Part shown: piece by piece, positions 1 through 9,028 of the stretch
How positions within the stretch are numbered: position 1 is the stretch's first letter
Layout: each line of letters opens with the position of its first letter
Assembly: GCA_963664395.2 (NCBI GenBank)
Contig: OY761159.2
Coordinates: 2,528,001-2,592,000, forward strand
DNA from: Candidatus Binatia bacterium
GTDB lineage: Bacteria; Desulfobacterota; Binatia; Bin18
Direction: 5' to 3'
DNA: 64,000 bases
Made by a program: the position numbers and the translations under genes
Notes under the pieces: generated by a model
What the model saw: only the letters and a program-made list of their open reading frames with translations
The model's database searches: none
Told to the model about the DNA's origin: nothing

Positions 1-353
1 GCTATGTCCGCTCTCAAATGCTCGAAGTGATCCGTCAAGACTATGTGCGCACCGCGCGGGCAAAAGGGCTGACAGAAGAGAGCGTGATTTACCGCCATGC
101 CTTGCGCAACGCCTTGTTGCCGTTTGTGACAATGTTTGGTTTTTTGTTGCCGGGACTCATAGGCGGCTCAGTGATCTTTGAACAGATCTTTGCCTGGCCG
201 GGACTCGGGCGGCTTGGCTACGAGGCGATTCTCGCCCGGGATTTCCCTGTCATCCTGACCATTAACTTTATTGCCGCAGCTCTGACATTGGTCGGCACCC
301 TCGTTTCAGACGTACTCTATGCCGTTGTCGATCCACGCATTCGGTTGCAATAG
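1..353 (+). CDS. dppB: Peptide/nickel ABC transporter permease DppB/OppB (5'-truncated by window edge)
   Basis: EAA-like loop '[12 protein letters not shown]...HALRNA' and C-terminal '[10 protein letters not shown]...YAVVDPRIR'. Confidence 0.9.
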   Translation, partial: YVRSQMLEVIRQDYVRTARAKGLTEESVIYRHALRNALLPFVTMFGFLLPGLIGGSVIFEQIFAWPGLGRLGYEAILARDFPVILTINFIAAALTLVGTLVSDVLYAVVDPRIRLQ

Positions 354-355
354 CC

Positions 356-1342
356 ATGGCTGAATTGACTCATATTGCTCATAGCGTAGCGCTTGAAGGG
401 GAGTCTGCGCTGCCGAAACCGGAAACCCCGATTCAGGAAGCCTGGCGTATCTTTCAGCAAGATCGGCTCGCCCTGAGTGGCCTGGTCGTTCTTGCCCTGC
501 TGGTAGCCCTGGCCGTTGCCGGGAAGGTGTTGACTGAATGGATTATTATTTTTGATCCAGCCACTGTGCGCTTGCCGGATAAATTCCTGCCGCCTCTTTC
601 CTCTGTCTCCCCCGACCTCATTCCAGCCGCCCACCACCCTTTTGGGGGCATCTATCTGCTCGGGACGGACGAACTGGGCCGGGATGTGTTTGCGCGTATA
701 TTGCAGGGCTCGTTTGTGTCCTTATCGATCGGGTTTATTGCGGTCAGCATCTCTGTCACGATCGGCATTATTCTCGGCGGCCTGTCCGGCTTCTATGGCA
801 ACCTCAAGCTCGGCCCGATCTCGGTCGATACGCTCATCATGCGTTTTACCGATATTATGCTGTGCTTTCCGACGTTTTTTCTGATTCTGACGGTCGTAGC
901 CCTCCTCCCGCCGAGCATTTACAACATCATGATTGTGATTGGTTTGACCAGCTGGATGACGACCGCGCGTTTTGTCCGCGCCGAGTTTCTCACCCTGCGT
1001 GAGCAGGACTTTGTAGTCGCCGCCCAAGCCCTGGGCTTACCGGAAAGCCGGATTATCTTTCGGCACATGGTCCCCAACGCTATCGCCCCGGTGTTGGTCT
1101 CGGCCACGATTGGGGTGGCCGGTGCCATTCTGACCGAGTCGGGTCTCAGCTTTCTCGGATTTGGGGTGCAGCCACCGTATGCGACCTGGGGGAATATTCT
1201 TGCCAGCGGCAGAGGATTTATCTTTGATGCGCCGTGGTTGTTCTTTATTCCCGGCATCGCCATTTTTGTCGTTGTCCTCGCGTTTAACCTTGTTGGCGAG
1301 GGCCTGCGCGAGGCGCTCAACCCCCGGCTGCGAAATCGCTAA
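356..1342 (+). CDS. dppC: Peptide ABC transporter permease DppC/OppC
   Basis: '[11 protein letters not shown]', '[12 protein letters not shown]', '[10 protein letters not shown]', '[15 protein letters not shown]'. Confidence 0.92.
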   Translation: MAELTHIAHSVALEGESALPKPETPIQEAWRIFQQDRLALSGLVVLALLVALAVAGKVLTEWIIIFDPATVRLPDKFLPPLSSVSPDLIPAAHHPFGGIYLLGTDELGRDVFARILQGSFVSLSIGFIAVSISVTIGIILGGLSGFYGNLKLGPISVDTLIMRFTDIMLCFPTFFLILTVVALLPPSIYNIMIVIGLTSWMTTARFVRAEFLTLREQDFVVAAQALGLPESRIIFRHMVPNAIAPVLVSATIGVAGAILTESGLSFLGFGVQPPYATWGNILASGRGFIFDAPWLFFIPGIAIFVVVLAFNLVGEGLREALNPRLRNR

Positions 1343-1347
1343 ACAGA

Positions 1348-2331
1348 ATGGCAGAGCCTCTTCTCACTATTTCCGACCTGCACGTCTCATTCTTCACAGA
1401 TAAAGGCGAAGTCAGAGCTGTGCGTGGGATTGATCTTGAGGTCCAGCCGGGCCAGACCCTGGCTCTCGTCGGTGAGTCGGGCTGTGGCAAGTCTGCAACC
1501 GCCCTGGCGATTATGCGCCTCATTGAATCTCCCGGGCGTATCGTCGCCGGCTCTCTTGCGTACAATGGTCGAGACCTCGCTCGGCTATCCGAGGCCGAGC
1601 TGCGCTCCATTCGCGGCAAGTCCATCGGGATGATCTTCCAAGAGCCCATGACCTCGCTGAATCCAGTCTTCACCATTGGCAATCAGATCGGCGAAGTGTT
1701 GCAACTCCATCAAGGACTATCTGTACGGGCGGCCAGCCAAGAAGCCGCGCGGTTACTGGAAACGGTTGGGATTCCCTCTCCGGTGCAACGGCTCGCACAC
1801 TATCCGCACGAGCTGTCCGGGGGGATGAAACAACGAGTGATGATCGCCATGGCGCTGGCCTGCCGGCCGGATTTGTTAATTGCCGACGAACCAACCACAG
1901 CCCTGGATGTCACGGTCCAGGCTCAGATTCTCGATTTGCTCAAACGACTCCAGGATGAGATGGGCATGGCGATTTTGCTGATTACGCATAATCTCGGTGT
2001 CGTGGCGCAGTTCGCCCAGGACGTTGCGGTCATGTATGCGGGAAAAATCATCGAACGCACCCAGGTTCGTCCACTGTTTCACAACCCACTGCATCCCTAC
2101 ACCCAGGCGTTGCTCCAAGCCGTACCGCGGCGCGGCCACCGCTCCGAACGTCTGGCTGCCATCACAGGCACCGTGCCTTCGCCGTTGCAGTATCCGCCGG
2201 GCTGCGCCTTTGCCGCTCGCTGTCCGGCGGTGCTCGATTTCTGTGCGAACAAACAGCCGGCGCTGCTTGCGGTTGAGCCCGGCCATGAAGCGTCATGCTG
2301 GTTGCACGAGAAAACCGAGGATGGGGATTAG
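1348..2331 (+). CDS. dppD: Peptide ABC transporter ATPase DppD/OppD
   Basis: Walker [26 protein letters not shown]-terminal HPY motif and Cys-rich tail. Confidence 0.93.
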   Translation: MAEPLLTISDLHVSFFTDKGEVRAVRGIDLEVQPGQTLALVGESGCGKSATALAIMRLIESPGRIVAGSLAYNGRDLARLSEAELRSIRGKSIGMIFQEPMTSLNPVFTIGNQIGEVLQLHQGLSVRAASQEAARLLETVGIPSPVQRLAHYPHELSGGMKQRVMIAMALACRPDLLIADEPTTALDVTVQAQILDLLKRLQDEMGMAILLITHNLGVVAQFAQDVAVMYAGKIIERTQVRPLFHNPLHPYTQALLQAVPRRGHRSERLAAITGTVPSPLQYPPGCAFAARCPAVLDFCANKQPALLAVEPGHEASCWLHEKTEDGD

Positions 2332-2421
2332 AGATTGGGGTTTAGGGGCTGGGGAAACGGAAAGGGCGCTATGACAATGGACACTACCCAATCTCCTCTC
2401 GTTTCTCCCCAATCCCCCCTA
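2323..2421. repeat. Inverted pair of heptamer tandem repeats (STRR-like)
   Basis: GGGGATT-AGAGATT-GGGGTTT-AGGGGCT-GGGGAAA (2323-2357) facing CCCAATC-TCCTCTC-GTTTCTC-CCCAATC-CCCCCTA (2387-2421). Confidence 0.65.
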
Positions 2422-3390
2422 TTGGAAATTCGCAACCTCAAGAAATACTTCCCGGTCCGCAGCGGTGTCTTCTCGCGCGTCTCAGCCTGGGTCAGAGCGG
2501 TTGATGATGTGTCATTTGCTATTCAAGCGCGGGAAACGTTTGGATTAGTCGGCGAGTCAGGCTGTGGAAAAACTACGGTAGGCCGGACTCTCCTGCGGTT
2601 GATCGAGCCAACTGACGGAGCAGTATTTTTTCAAGGCCGAGACTTCTGTCAGCTCACGCCCGCGCAGGTGCGTCAGGCGCGGCAACAGATGCAGATCATT
2701 TTTCAAGACCCGTATAGCTCACTGAATCCGCGGATGACGGTTGGCGCGATTATCGGTGAGGCGCTCAAAGTGCATGGCCTTGCGCAGGGAGAGGCATTAG
2801 ATCGTCGGGTCAGCACTCTGTTAGAACGGGTCGGCCTCTCACTAACGTATCGGTCACGCTATCCGCACGAATTTTCTGGTGGGCAACGGCAACGGATTGG
2901 CATTGCACGCGCGTTAGCCCTGAACCCGCAATTTATCGTGTGTGACGAGCCGGTCTCTGCGCTGGACGTTTCCATTCAAGCCCAGATTCTTAACCTGCTC
3001 CAGGATCTGCAAAACGATCTGGGGCTCTCGTATTTATTTATCTCGCACGACTTGAACGTGGTGGAACATATCGCCGACCGGGTGGCCGTGATGTATCTCG
3101 GCAAGCTGGTTGAAGTCGCTCCGGTCAACGAACTCTTTCGCAATCCCCAGCACCCGTACACCGTGGCGCTCATGTCGGCCAATCCCGTCCCCGACCCGAC
3201 GGTCCCGACCCAACGGACCGTTCTGACGGGCGACGTGCCTTCGCCCCTGAATCCGCCGTCAGGCTGCGCGTTTCACACCCGTTGTCCCCAGGCTATGGAG
3301 CGCTGCAAGACCGTACCGCCGCCGCTGGTCCGCAGCGGGCAGGGGACGGCCGAGCATAGCGTCTGGTGCCATTTATACGCGCCTGATTAA
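2371..3390 (+). CDS. dppF: Peptide ABC transporter ATPase DppF/OppF
   Basis: [35 protein letters not shown]; start placed at ATG 2371 (or 2377), downstream of the first repeat arm. Confidence 0.93.
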   Translation: MTMDTTQSPLVSPQSPLLEIRNLKKYFPVRSGVFSRVSAWVRAVDDVSFAIQARETFGLVGESGCGKTTVGRTLLRLIEPTDGAVFFQGRDFCQLTPAQVRQARQQMQIIFQDPYSSLNPRMTVGAIIGEALKVHGLAQGEALDRRVSTLLERVGLSLTYRSRYPHEFSGGQRQRIGIARALALNPQFIVCDEPVSALDVSIQAQILNLLQDLQNDLGLSYLFISHDLNVVEHIADRVAVMYLGKLVEVAPVNELFRNPQHPYTVALMSANPVPDPTVPTQRTVLTGDVPSPLNPPSGCAFHTRCPQAMERCKTVPPPLVRSGQGTAEHSVWCHLYAPD

Positions 3391-3509
3391 GGGAAGGATG
3401 TTGACGGTAGCCGGAAGCGCTCGCCCGCCCAGTGTAAGCTGGTAATTCCCCCCAAACGATGGAGCAATGCTTTAGGTTGCTTTTCCTGAATCCTGATAAC
3501 GGAGGGGGA

Positions 3510-4130
3510 TTACTTGCCTTTCTTCTCCTCTTTCTCGTCAGCGTCTTTCTTTCGGCTGGAAATCACCTGATCGATCACGCCGTAATCCAACGCCTGCTTG
3601 GAGGTCATGAACATATCCCGGTCGGTATCTTTTTCGATTTTCTTTATGGTCTGACCGGTATGCTTCATCAGAATGCTGTTGAGCGCTTCCCGTATGCGCA
3701 GCACTTCTCTGGCATGGATGTCGATGTCGGTTGCTTGTCCCTGCACGCCGCCGAGGGGTTGGTGCAACATGATACGAGAATGCGGCAGGGCAAACCGTTT
3801 TCCTGCTGCCCCGGCGGTCAGGAGCACTGCGCCCATGCTGGCCGCCTGCCCAACACACATGGTAGAGACGTTGGGGGTGACGTATTGCATGGTGTCGTAA
3901 ATAGCCAACCCGGCAGTCACTGAGCCCCCTGGCGAGTTGATATACAAGTGAATGTCCTTCTCAGGATCTTCAGATTCGAGGAAGAGGAGTTGCGCTGCGA
4001 TCACATCAGCGACCGGATCGTTGATCTCGGAGCCGAGAAAAATAATCCGGTCTTTCAGCAAGCGGGAATAAATGTCATAGGTCCGTTCACCACGACCGGT
4101 CTGTTCGACAACGTAGGGTACATAATTCAT
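3510..4130 (-). CDS. clpP: ATP-dependent Clp protease proteolytic subunit
   Basis: [34 protein letters not shown] (Ser), MLHQP (His). Confidence 0.97.
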   Translation of the reverse strand: MNYVPYVVEQTGRGERTYDIYSRLLKDRIIFLGSEINDPVADVIAAQLLFLESEDPEKDIHLYINSPGGSVTAGLAIYDTMQYVTPNVSTMCVGQAASMGAVLLTAGAAGKRFALPHSRIMLHQPLGGVQGQATDIDIHAREVLRIREALNSILMKHTGQTIKKIEKDTDRDMFMTSKQALDYGVIDQVISSRKKDADEKEEKKGK

Positions 4131-4230
4131 AATAGACGCATCCTAATCATTTATGGGTGTCAGAGCAACTTCCCTATCATCGATATTGAAAGTCTGCTCC
4201 AAAGCGCGCAGTAACATCTGGCCGTCCGGG

Positions 4231-4444
4231 GCTGCGAAGCGGATGATCGAAGATTACAGGAGGGGTAAATGAGCGTGGCATTCGACAAGGTGATAGCCGG
4301 GCTGAAGGATGCCCGCGCCTACTTGAACGGCACGCGCGACGGTTTGTCGCGCATGAAGTCAAGGTGCCCGAGCCTGACGTGGCCGCCATTTGGGCCACAC
4401 GCAGGTGCAGACGACCGCGCGCTGTATGGATGACGAACAATTAG
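4231..4444 (+). pseudogene. Remnant of RelE-type toxin 3' end plus frameshifted, truncated HigA/YiaG-like antitoxin
   Basis: '...AAKRMIEDYRRGK*' overlaps (ATGA, 4269-4272) 'MSVAFDKVIAGLKDARAYLNGTRDG', which continues after a frameshift as 'VAHEVKVPEPDVAAI' and is then lost. Confidence 0.65.
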
Positions 4445-4510
4445 GTCACAACGCACTTGCCCATAAGGCTATCGACATTTTCACTGGAACGCACTTTATC
4501 AGCATTTTAA

Positions 4511-4581
4511 TGAAAAATATTATTTGAGCGAAACCCCTTGATATTTTTCACTATAATTCATATTTTCATCGTGTGATGAAA
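4511..4581 (+). promoter_or_regulatory. AT-rich promoter with inverted-repeat operators upstream of the AbiEi-like gene
   Basis: TATAAT at 4552-4557; perfect inverted repeat TGAAAAATAT (4511-4520)/ATATTTTTCA (4541-4550); second one TTTCATC-gtgt-GATGAAA over the start codon. Confidence 0.6.
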
Positions 4582-5688
4582 GTTGGACAAACAGTGAAAG
4601 AAATAGAAATCATGGCCGTGGACGCTGTCCGCGACTTGCTCGGCCGTGTGCCGAACATAGACATCAGCGAGGTTCGCCAAGAGCAGATTGTGGCGTCCGA
4701 CTACCGCATTTACCAGATTGATGGGTGGATTGCCTTTAGCCATGGCGGTATGAATTATGCGCTCATCATAGAGATCAAAGCAAATGGGTCACCGCGCTTT
4801 GCCCGATCTGCCGTCTATCAACTCGAGAGCTTCATGGCGCATTTGCATCAATCTGATCGCCAGGACGTCACCCGACAGTTCATCCCGATGCTGGTCAGTT
4901 CCTACCTGTCTCCGGAGTCGCGGTCGATCTGCACCGATCACAATGTCGCTTACCTCGATCTTGTCGGTAACGCACACCTCGATTTCGACAACGTCTATAT
5001 CGAGCGATCCGTCGCAGACAGACCAAGGTCCGAAACGCGCGCTCTGCGGTCAATATTCACCCCGAAGGCAGCCGCTATCTTGCGGGTCCTCCTTCGCGAT
5101 CCAGACCGGGCATGGCGTATTACCGACTTGGCCGAAGCAGCCAATGCGAGCCTCGGCCACGTGAGCAACGTTCGCAAAGCCCTGCTTGCACGGGAGTGGA
5201 TCGAAAAACAGCACGACGGCGTCGTCTTGGTCCAGCCGGAGGCGCTATTGAAGACATGGCGCGAGAATTACCGCCAGCCGGCTGGTCACCGCATCAGCGG
5301 ATACACGCATCTCCACGGGGAACAACTCGGCAAGCGATTGTCGGGAAAACTAAATCCGCACCCACAGCGTCCGCGCGCAATTTATTCGTCAAACTCGGCC
5401 GCTCAATGGCTTGCGCCCTTTGCCCGGGGCGGCACACATAGTTTCTACGGCGACGAACCCGGCGCTCGCATGCTGAAAGAAACGTTGAAGCTGACTCATG
5501 CCGCAAAGGGGGCGAATGTCATCCTGCGTATCCCGAATGATGAGAGTCTGTTCGAAGACGCTGTTCAGCCGGCGTCGGGCATTTTCTGCACCAGTCCGAT
5601 CATTACCTACCTCGATCTGTGGAACGGCAACGATCGAGACCGTGAGGCCGCCGACCATATGGCCACGAAGTACTTTCCATGGTCATGA
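4573..5688 (+). CDS. AbiEi-like (type IV TA antitoxin/regulator) with N-terminal REase-like region and central winged helix
   Basis: 'IFTPKAAAILRVLL...WRITDLAEAANASLGHVSNVRKAL' HTH; C-terminal 'SPIITYLDL...RDREAADH'; overlaps the downstream nucleotidyltransferase gene. Confidence 0.75.
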   Translation: MMKVGQTVKEIEIMAVDAVRDLLGRVPNIDISEVRQEQIVASDYRIYQIDGWIAFSHGGMNYALIIEIKANGSPRFARSAVYQLESFMAHLHQSDRQDVTRQFIPMLVSSYLSPESRSICTDHNVAYLDLVGNAHLDFDNVYIERSVADRPRSETRALRSIFTPKAAAILRVLLRDPDRAWRITDLAEAANASLGHVSNVRKALLAREWIEKQHDGVVLVQPEALLKTWRENYRQPAGHRISGYTHLHGEQLGKRLSGKLNPHPQRPRAIYSSNSAAQWLAPFARGGTHSFYGDEPGARMLKETLKLTHAAKGANVILRIPNDESLFEDAVQPASGIFCTSPIITYLDLWNGNDRDREAADHMATKYFPWS

Positions 5689-6536
5689 GAGAACCTCAAT
5701 CCGCCGCCGACTATGATGACCGGACGACAACGGCGGTCAAATCCGTACTGATCGAGATCGGCCAGATCCTCGGCAGCTTTGAAGGCAAGTTTGCGATCAT
5801 CGGCGGCGCCGTTCCTTGGCTGTTGCTGAGCGAAGCGGACATGCCCCATATCGGCACCGGAGACGTGGACCTCTGTCTCGACCCCTCCGCCCTGGGCGAC
5901 GGCGAATATGTTCGACTTGTCGAAGCCCTCCAGCAACATGGCTACAATCAACGGGGTAATCTTCGGCGCTTTCAACTCGTACGCACCGTACCCGCCTCGG
6001 ACGACGGGTCCGACATCGATGTCGTCGTCGACTTCCTAATGCCACGTGACGCTGAGATCACAAAAAATACGCCGCCGCTTATCAGCCAGTTTGCCGTCCA
6101 GCGTGCCGACGGCGTCGACCTAGCGCTCAGGTTCTACCAGATGGTCGCCGTCGAAGGCGATATGCCCGATGGCGGCAGCAATCGCGTTCGCATCGCCGTG
6201 GCGTCGATTCCTGCTCTGCTGGCCATGAAAGGTTATGCCATCACCAATCGTCTGAAACACAAGGACGCCTATGACATCTACTATTGCGTCCGAAATTTTC
6301 CGGATGGCGTCGATGCTCTCGTCGAGGTGACACTGCCGTTTCTTGACGTTGAAACAGCCCGGCAAGGCTACTGTCTGATCTCGGACAAATTCCGTAACGT
6401 TGATGATTTCGGGCCGACCAGTGTCAGAATATTCGTGGAAGGTTCCGATGTGCTTGGTGATCGCACAGCGGATCAGTGGCAGCAGGACGCCTTTGGGCAG
6501 GTTGACGCTTGGCTCGGAGGGCTTGGCTTGAGGTAA
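5679..6536 (+). CDS. Pol-beta superfamily nucleotidyltransferase (AbiEii-like toxin)
   Basis: 'IIGGAV...TGDVDL' GG/DxD motif; 'LAMKGYA...KDAYDIYY'. Confidence 0.8.
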   Translation: MVMREPQSAADYDDRTTTAVKSVLIEIGQILGSFEGKFAIIGGAVPWLLLSEADMPHIGTGDVDLCLDPSALGDGEYVRLVEALQQHGYNQRGNLRRFQLVRTVPASDDGSDIDVVVDFLMPRDAEITKNTPPLISQFAVQRADGVDLALRFYQMVAVEGDMPDGGSNRVRIAVASIPALLAMKGYAITNRLKHKDAYDIYYCVRNFPDGVDALVEVTLPFLDVETARQGYCLISDKFRNVDDFGPTSVRIFVEGSDVLGDRTADQWQQDAFGQVDAWLGGLGLR

Positions 6537-6539
6537 TCC

Positions 6540-7439
6540 ATGCAAAGGGCGTCAAATAGCAGGATACGTAGTATGGACATGCCGATCATCGACAGGGTGT
6601 TCGGTATGGAAGGCGGCTTGGTGCTCAATTTTTTCGATAGGACCTTCGCCGAGTTCTTTCACGAAGAACTCCAGGTTGGTATCGACGATCCGCGTTGGGC
6701 CGCTCAGGGTAGAAGCAAGGCAAAGCGCCTGCGCTACTACTTGAGGCAGGCGGACCGACGAACAGCGCTTGATACGCTGAATGCGCTATGGAAGTACCGT
6801 GAAGCGAGCAGTGTGACCCATGACTATGCGAAGCTTGAAGACTCGGTACGGCTTGCATTCTTCAGGATCATTGAACGGCTCGGGGGCAAGCCACCAGCAC
6901 ACGAAGTATCTACCGCTACGCCGTCCGAACCGCGGATTGATGAAGTGGCGGCCTCATCTCTTGCTGGTCGTTTGCTTGATCTCTCCAAGATACAGCCACA
7001 GGCCCGCGGCTATGCGTTCGAGAAGTTTTTGAAGGACATGTTTGACGCATACGGGTTGTCCGCACGCGCCTCCTTCCGCCTAGTGGGTGAGCAGATCGAC
7101 GGCAGTTTTGTTTTGGGAAATGACACCTATTTGCTTGAAGCGAAATGGACTAATTCTCTAACCGGTGTGGAGACGCTTCGCTCTTTCAACGCCAAGGTCG
7201 AGGACAAGGCGACATGGTCACGCGGCCTTCTTTTGAGCCATAGCGGCTTCACACCTGAAGGGCTCGCTGCATTCGGACGCGGCAAAAGCGTTGTTTGCAT
7301 GGATGGCCGTGATTTATATGACATCTTGTCGCGTCGGCTTGACTTTGCGGCCACGCTCGCGATGAAGGTTCGGTGGGCGGCCGAAACAGGCCAACTCTTC
7401 GTAAGTGTGAGCGCCCTCGTTCCCCCGTCCAATCTCTGA
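6540..7439 (+). CDS. Mrr-like PD-(D/E)xK restriction endonuclease with Abi-associated N-terminal domain
   Basis: 'RGYAFEKFL...GEQIDG...LLEAKW' catalytic motif; N-terminal 'GGLVLNF.DRTFAEFF...SKAKRLR'. Confidence 0.8.
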   Translation: MQRASNSRIRSMDMPIIDRVFGMEGGLVLNFFDRTFAEFFHEELQVGIDDPRWAAQGRSKAKRLRYYLRQADRRTALDTLNALWKYREASSVTHDYAKLEDSVRLAFFRIIERLGGKPPAHEVSTATPSEPRIDEVAASSLAGRLLDLSKIQPQARGYAFEKFLKDMFDAYGLSARASFRLVGEQIDGSFVLGNDTYLLEAKWTNSLTGVETLRSFNAKVEDKATWSRGLLLSHSGFTPEGLAAFGRGKSVVCMDGRDLYDILSRRLDFAATLAMKVRWAAETGQLFVSVSALVPPSNL

Positions 7440-7498
7440 AAATCAGTACCTTTGCTTTTCCGTACGTGTCATCGATATCAGGTAGTCCTTCTTATTCT

Positions 7499-8431
7499 TC
7501 ATCGCTGCCATTCCCCCATTCTCACGTAACGAATTGCTGCAAGGGCGGCTGTTGCTCCGTCTCCAGCCGCAGACACGAGCTGCCGTGAGGAGTCGCTGCG
7601 GACATCACCGGCTGCCAGGACGCCAGGCGTTGCCGTCCGCATCCAGAGATCGGTCACAATCTGCCCCTGCGCATTGAGCGGAACAAGGTCTCCCAGAAAT
7701 CGGGTATTGGCAGTCAGGCCGATGTAGAGAAATACGCCGGTGACATCCAGACGGGAGGGCTGCCCCGTTGTCACGTCTTCGAGCCGTATCCTTTCGACAC
7801 CGGTGGCGCCTTCGATTGCCCGCACAACGGTATTCCAACAAAAGGAGAGCTTGTCGTTTGCCTGTGCCCGTTCTTGCAAAAGCTGACAGGCGCGCAGAGC
7901 ATCACGCCGATGAATAACCGTGACGTGCGAGGCATACTGGGTGAGATGGAGTCCTTCATCGAGCGCAGCATCACCCCCCCCAACAACGGCTACCGGCTTA
8001 TCCATAAAAAATGCGCCGTCACACGCCGCACAGTGCGAGACCCCTTTGCCCACAAATTCTTCTTCACCGGGGATGCCGAGCGTTGAAAAATGTGAGCCAG
8101 TCGCGACGATTAGCGCTTTTGTTTGAAAGGGACCGCTATCCGTTTGCAGCACGAGCACCTCGCCGTCCCGCTGTACTGCGCTGACCTCTGTCAGTTGCAG
8201 CTCAAGCCCGAGGCTGGTTGCCTGGTGTTGCAGCAGTGGCCCAAGGGTATAGCCGGCGACGCCATCCGGAAAACCCGGATAGTTTTCAATATGCTCGCAG
8301 TTAAGCACCTGCCCGCCGGCAGAAAAGCGTTCGAGCAAGAGCGCCCGGCAGCGATCCCGCGCGGCATATAAGCCAGCGGTAAATCCAGCCGTGCCGCCGC
8401 CTATGATAATGATGTCGTATGGTTGTGACAT
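7499..8431 (-). CDS. trxB: Thioredoxin-disulfide reductase
   Basis: GGGTAG FAD motif, ENYPGF, SHCAACDG redox CxxC, GGGDAA, HRRDALRA; start at ATG 8431. Confidence 0.93.
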   Translation of the reverse strand: MSQPYDIIIIGGGTAGFTAGLYAARDRCRALLLERFSAGGQVLNCEHIENYPGFPDGVAGYTLGPLLQHQATSLGLELQLTEVSAVQRDGEVLVLQTDSGPFQTKALIVATGSHFSTLGIPGEEEFVGKGVSHCAACDGAFFMDKPVAVVGGGDAALDEGLHLTQYASHVTVIHRRDALRACQLLQERAQANDKLSFCWNTVVRAIEGATGVERIRLEDVTTGQPSRLDVTGVFLYIGLTANTRFLGDLVPLNAQGQIVTDLWMRTATPGVLAAGDVRSDSSRQLVSAAGDGATAALAAIRYVRMGEWQR

Positions 8432-8662
8432 GGGTTTATCCTCAATTGTCTCAGTTGAAAAAGTGGTGAGCATAATAGCTGAGCGCTGGGCGTTCAGCTA
8501 TGAGCCACCTTATGCTCTTTTTGATCGACCAAGAGCCATTGCTGGGGCATCTCTGGATTGTCGAGGAACATCAAGCCCGAATCCGAGGTGCAAGCGAGTA
8601 AGCTCGACATGGGAGGCCGGTTGGGATTGCCCGACTGGCACAAATTTGCCATATGGAAGGGC

Positions 8663-9028
8663 ATGCCTGGTTTACTGCGCTTACTGCTCTGGGACCGCTT
8701 TCGGCGCGCGGTGGCGCATGCTTTTGCCGTTGGCCCGGTATCAACCCAACTCTCCCCGCAGGACCTTCAGCTTCTTGAAAAAGTGGCCAACGCCATTGTG
8801 AGCCGGAGACTTGACACACCGGCGGTCCTATTGCTCGAATCCAGCGAACCGCTCAATTTTCTCAGTAGCCAGATCATTCAAGGGCTCCGGCCTTTTCTCG
8901 ATCTCGTGTGTGCGCCGACAGAAACTGAACGGCTGGCCTGTATTCTGGAGCGGAGAGATGCCGTGTCCCGGCTTGTTCGGCTCATCCATGCGCAGCACGA
9001 TAAAGCGCCCTCTTCTTCTCCGCTATGA
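8663..9028 (+). CDS. Conserved hypothetical protein, first gene of the GlmL-like cluster
   Basis: 'IVSRRLDTPAVLLLESSEPLNFLSSQ'; ATGA overlap with the next gene; start uncertain (8609 or 8663). Confidence 0.7.
   Translation: MPGLLRLLLWDRFRRAVAHAFAVGPVSTQLSPQDLQLLEKVANAIVSRRLDTPAVLLLESSEPLNFLSSQIIQGLRPFLDLVCAPTETERLACILERRDAVSRLVRLIHAQHDKAPSSSPL

Larger units (their letters stand above)
4177..7478. mobile_element. Small integrase-less defence islet between trxB and clpP
   Basis: TCATCGATAT direct repeat at 4177-4186 and 7469-7478; cargo of TA remnant, AbiE-like pair and nuclease, in the opposite orientation to both flanking genes. Confidence 0.5.

Noticed and set aside
4143-4217. 24-codon minus-strand ORF upstream of clpP as a trigger factor remnant
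   Set aside because: No resemblance to the Tig C-terminus, and it straddles the proposed islet boundary
4177-7478. Integron cassette array
   Set aside because: No intI gene and no recognisable attC (RYYYAAC...GTTRRRY) structures between the genes
7499-7501. TGA of trxB (and other TGA stops) as selenocysteine codons
   Set aside because: They fall at normal C-termini, not at Cys-equivalent positions, and no convincing downstream SECIS or continued homology was seen
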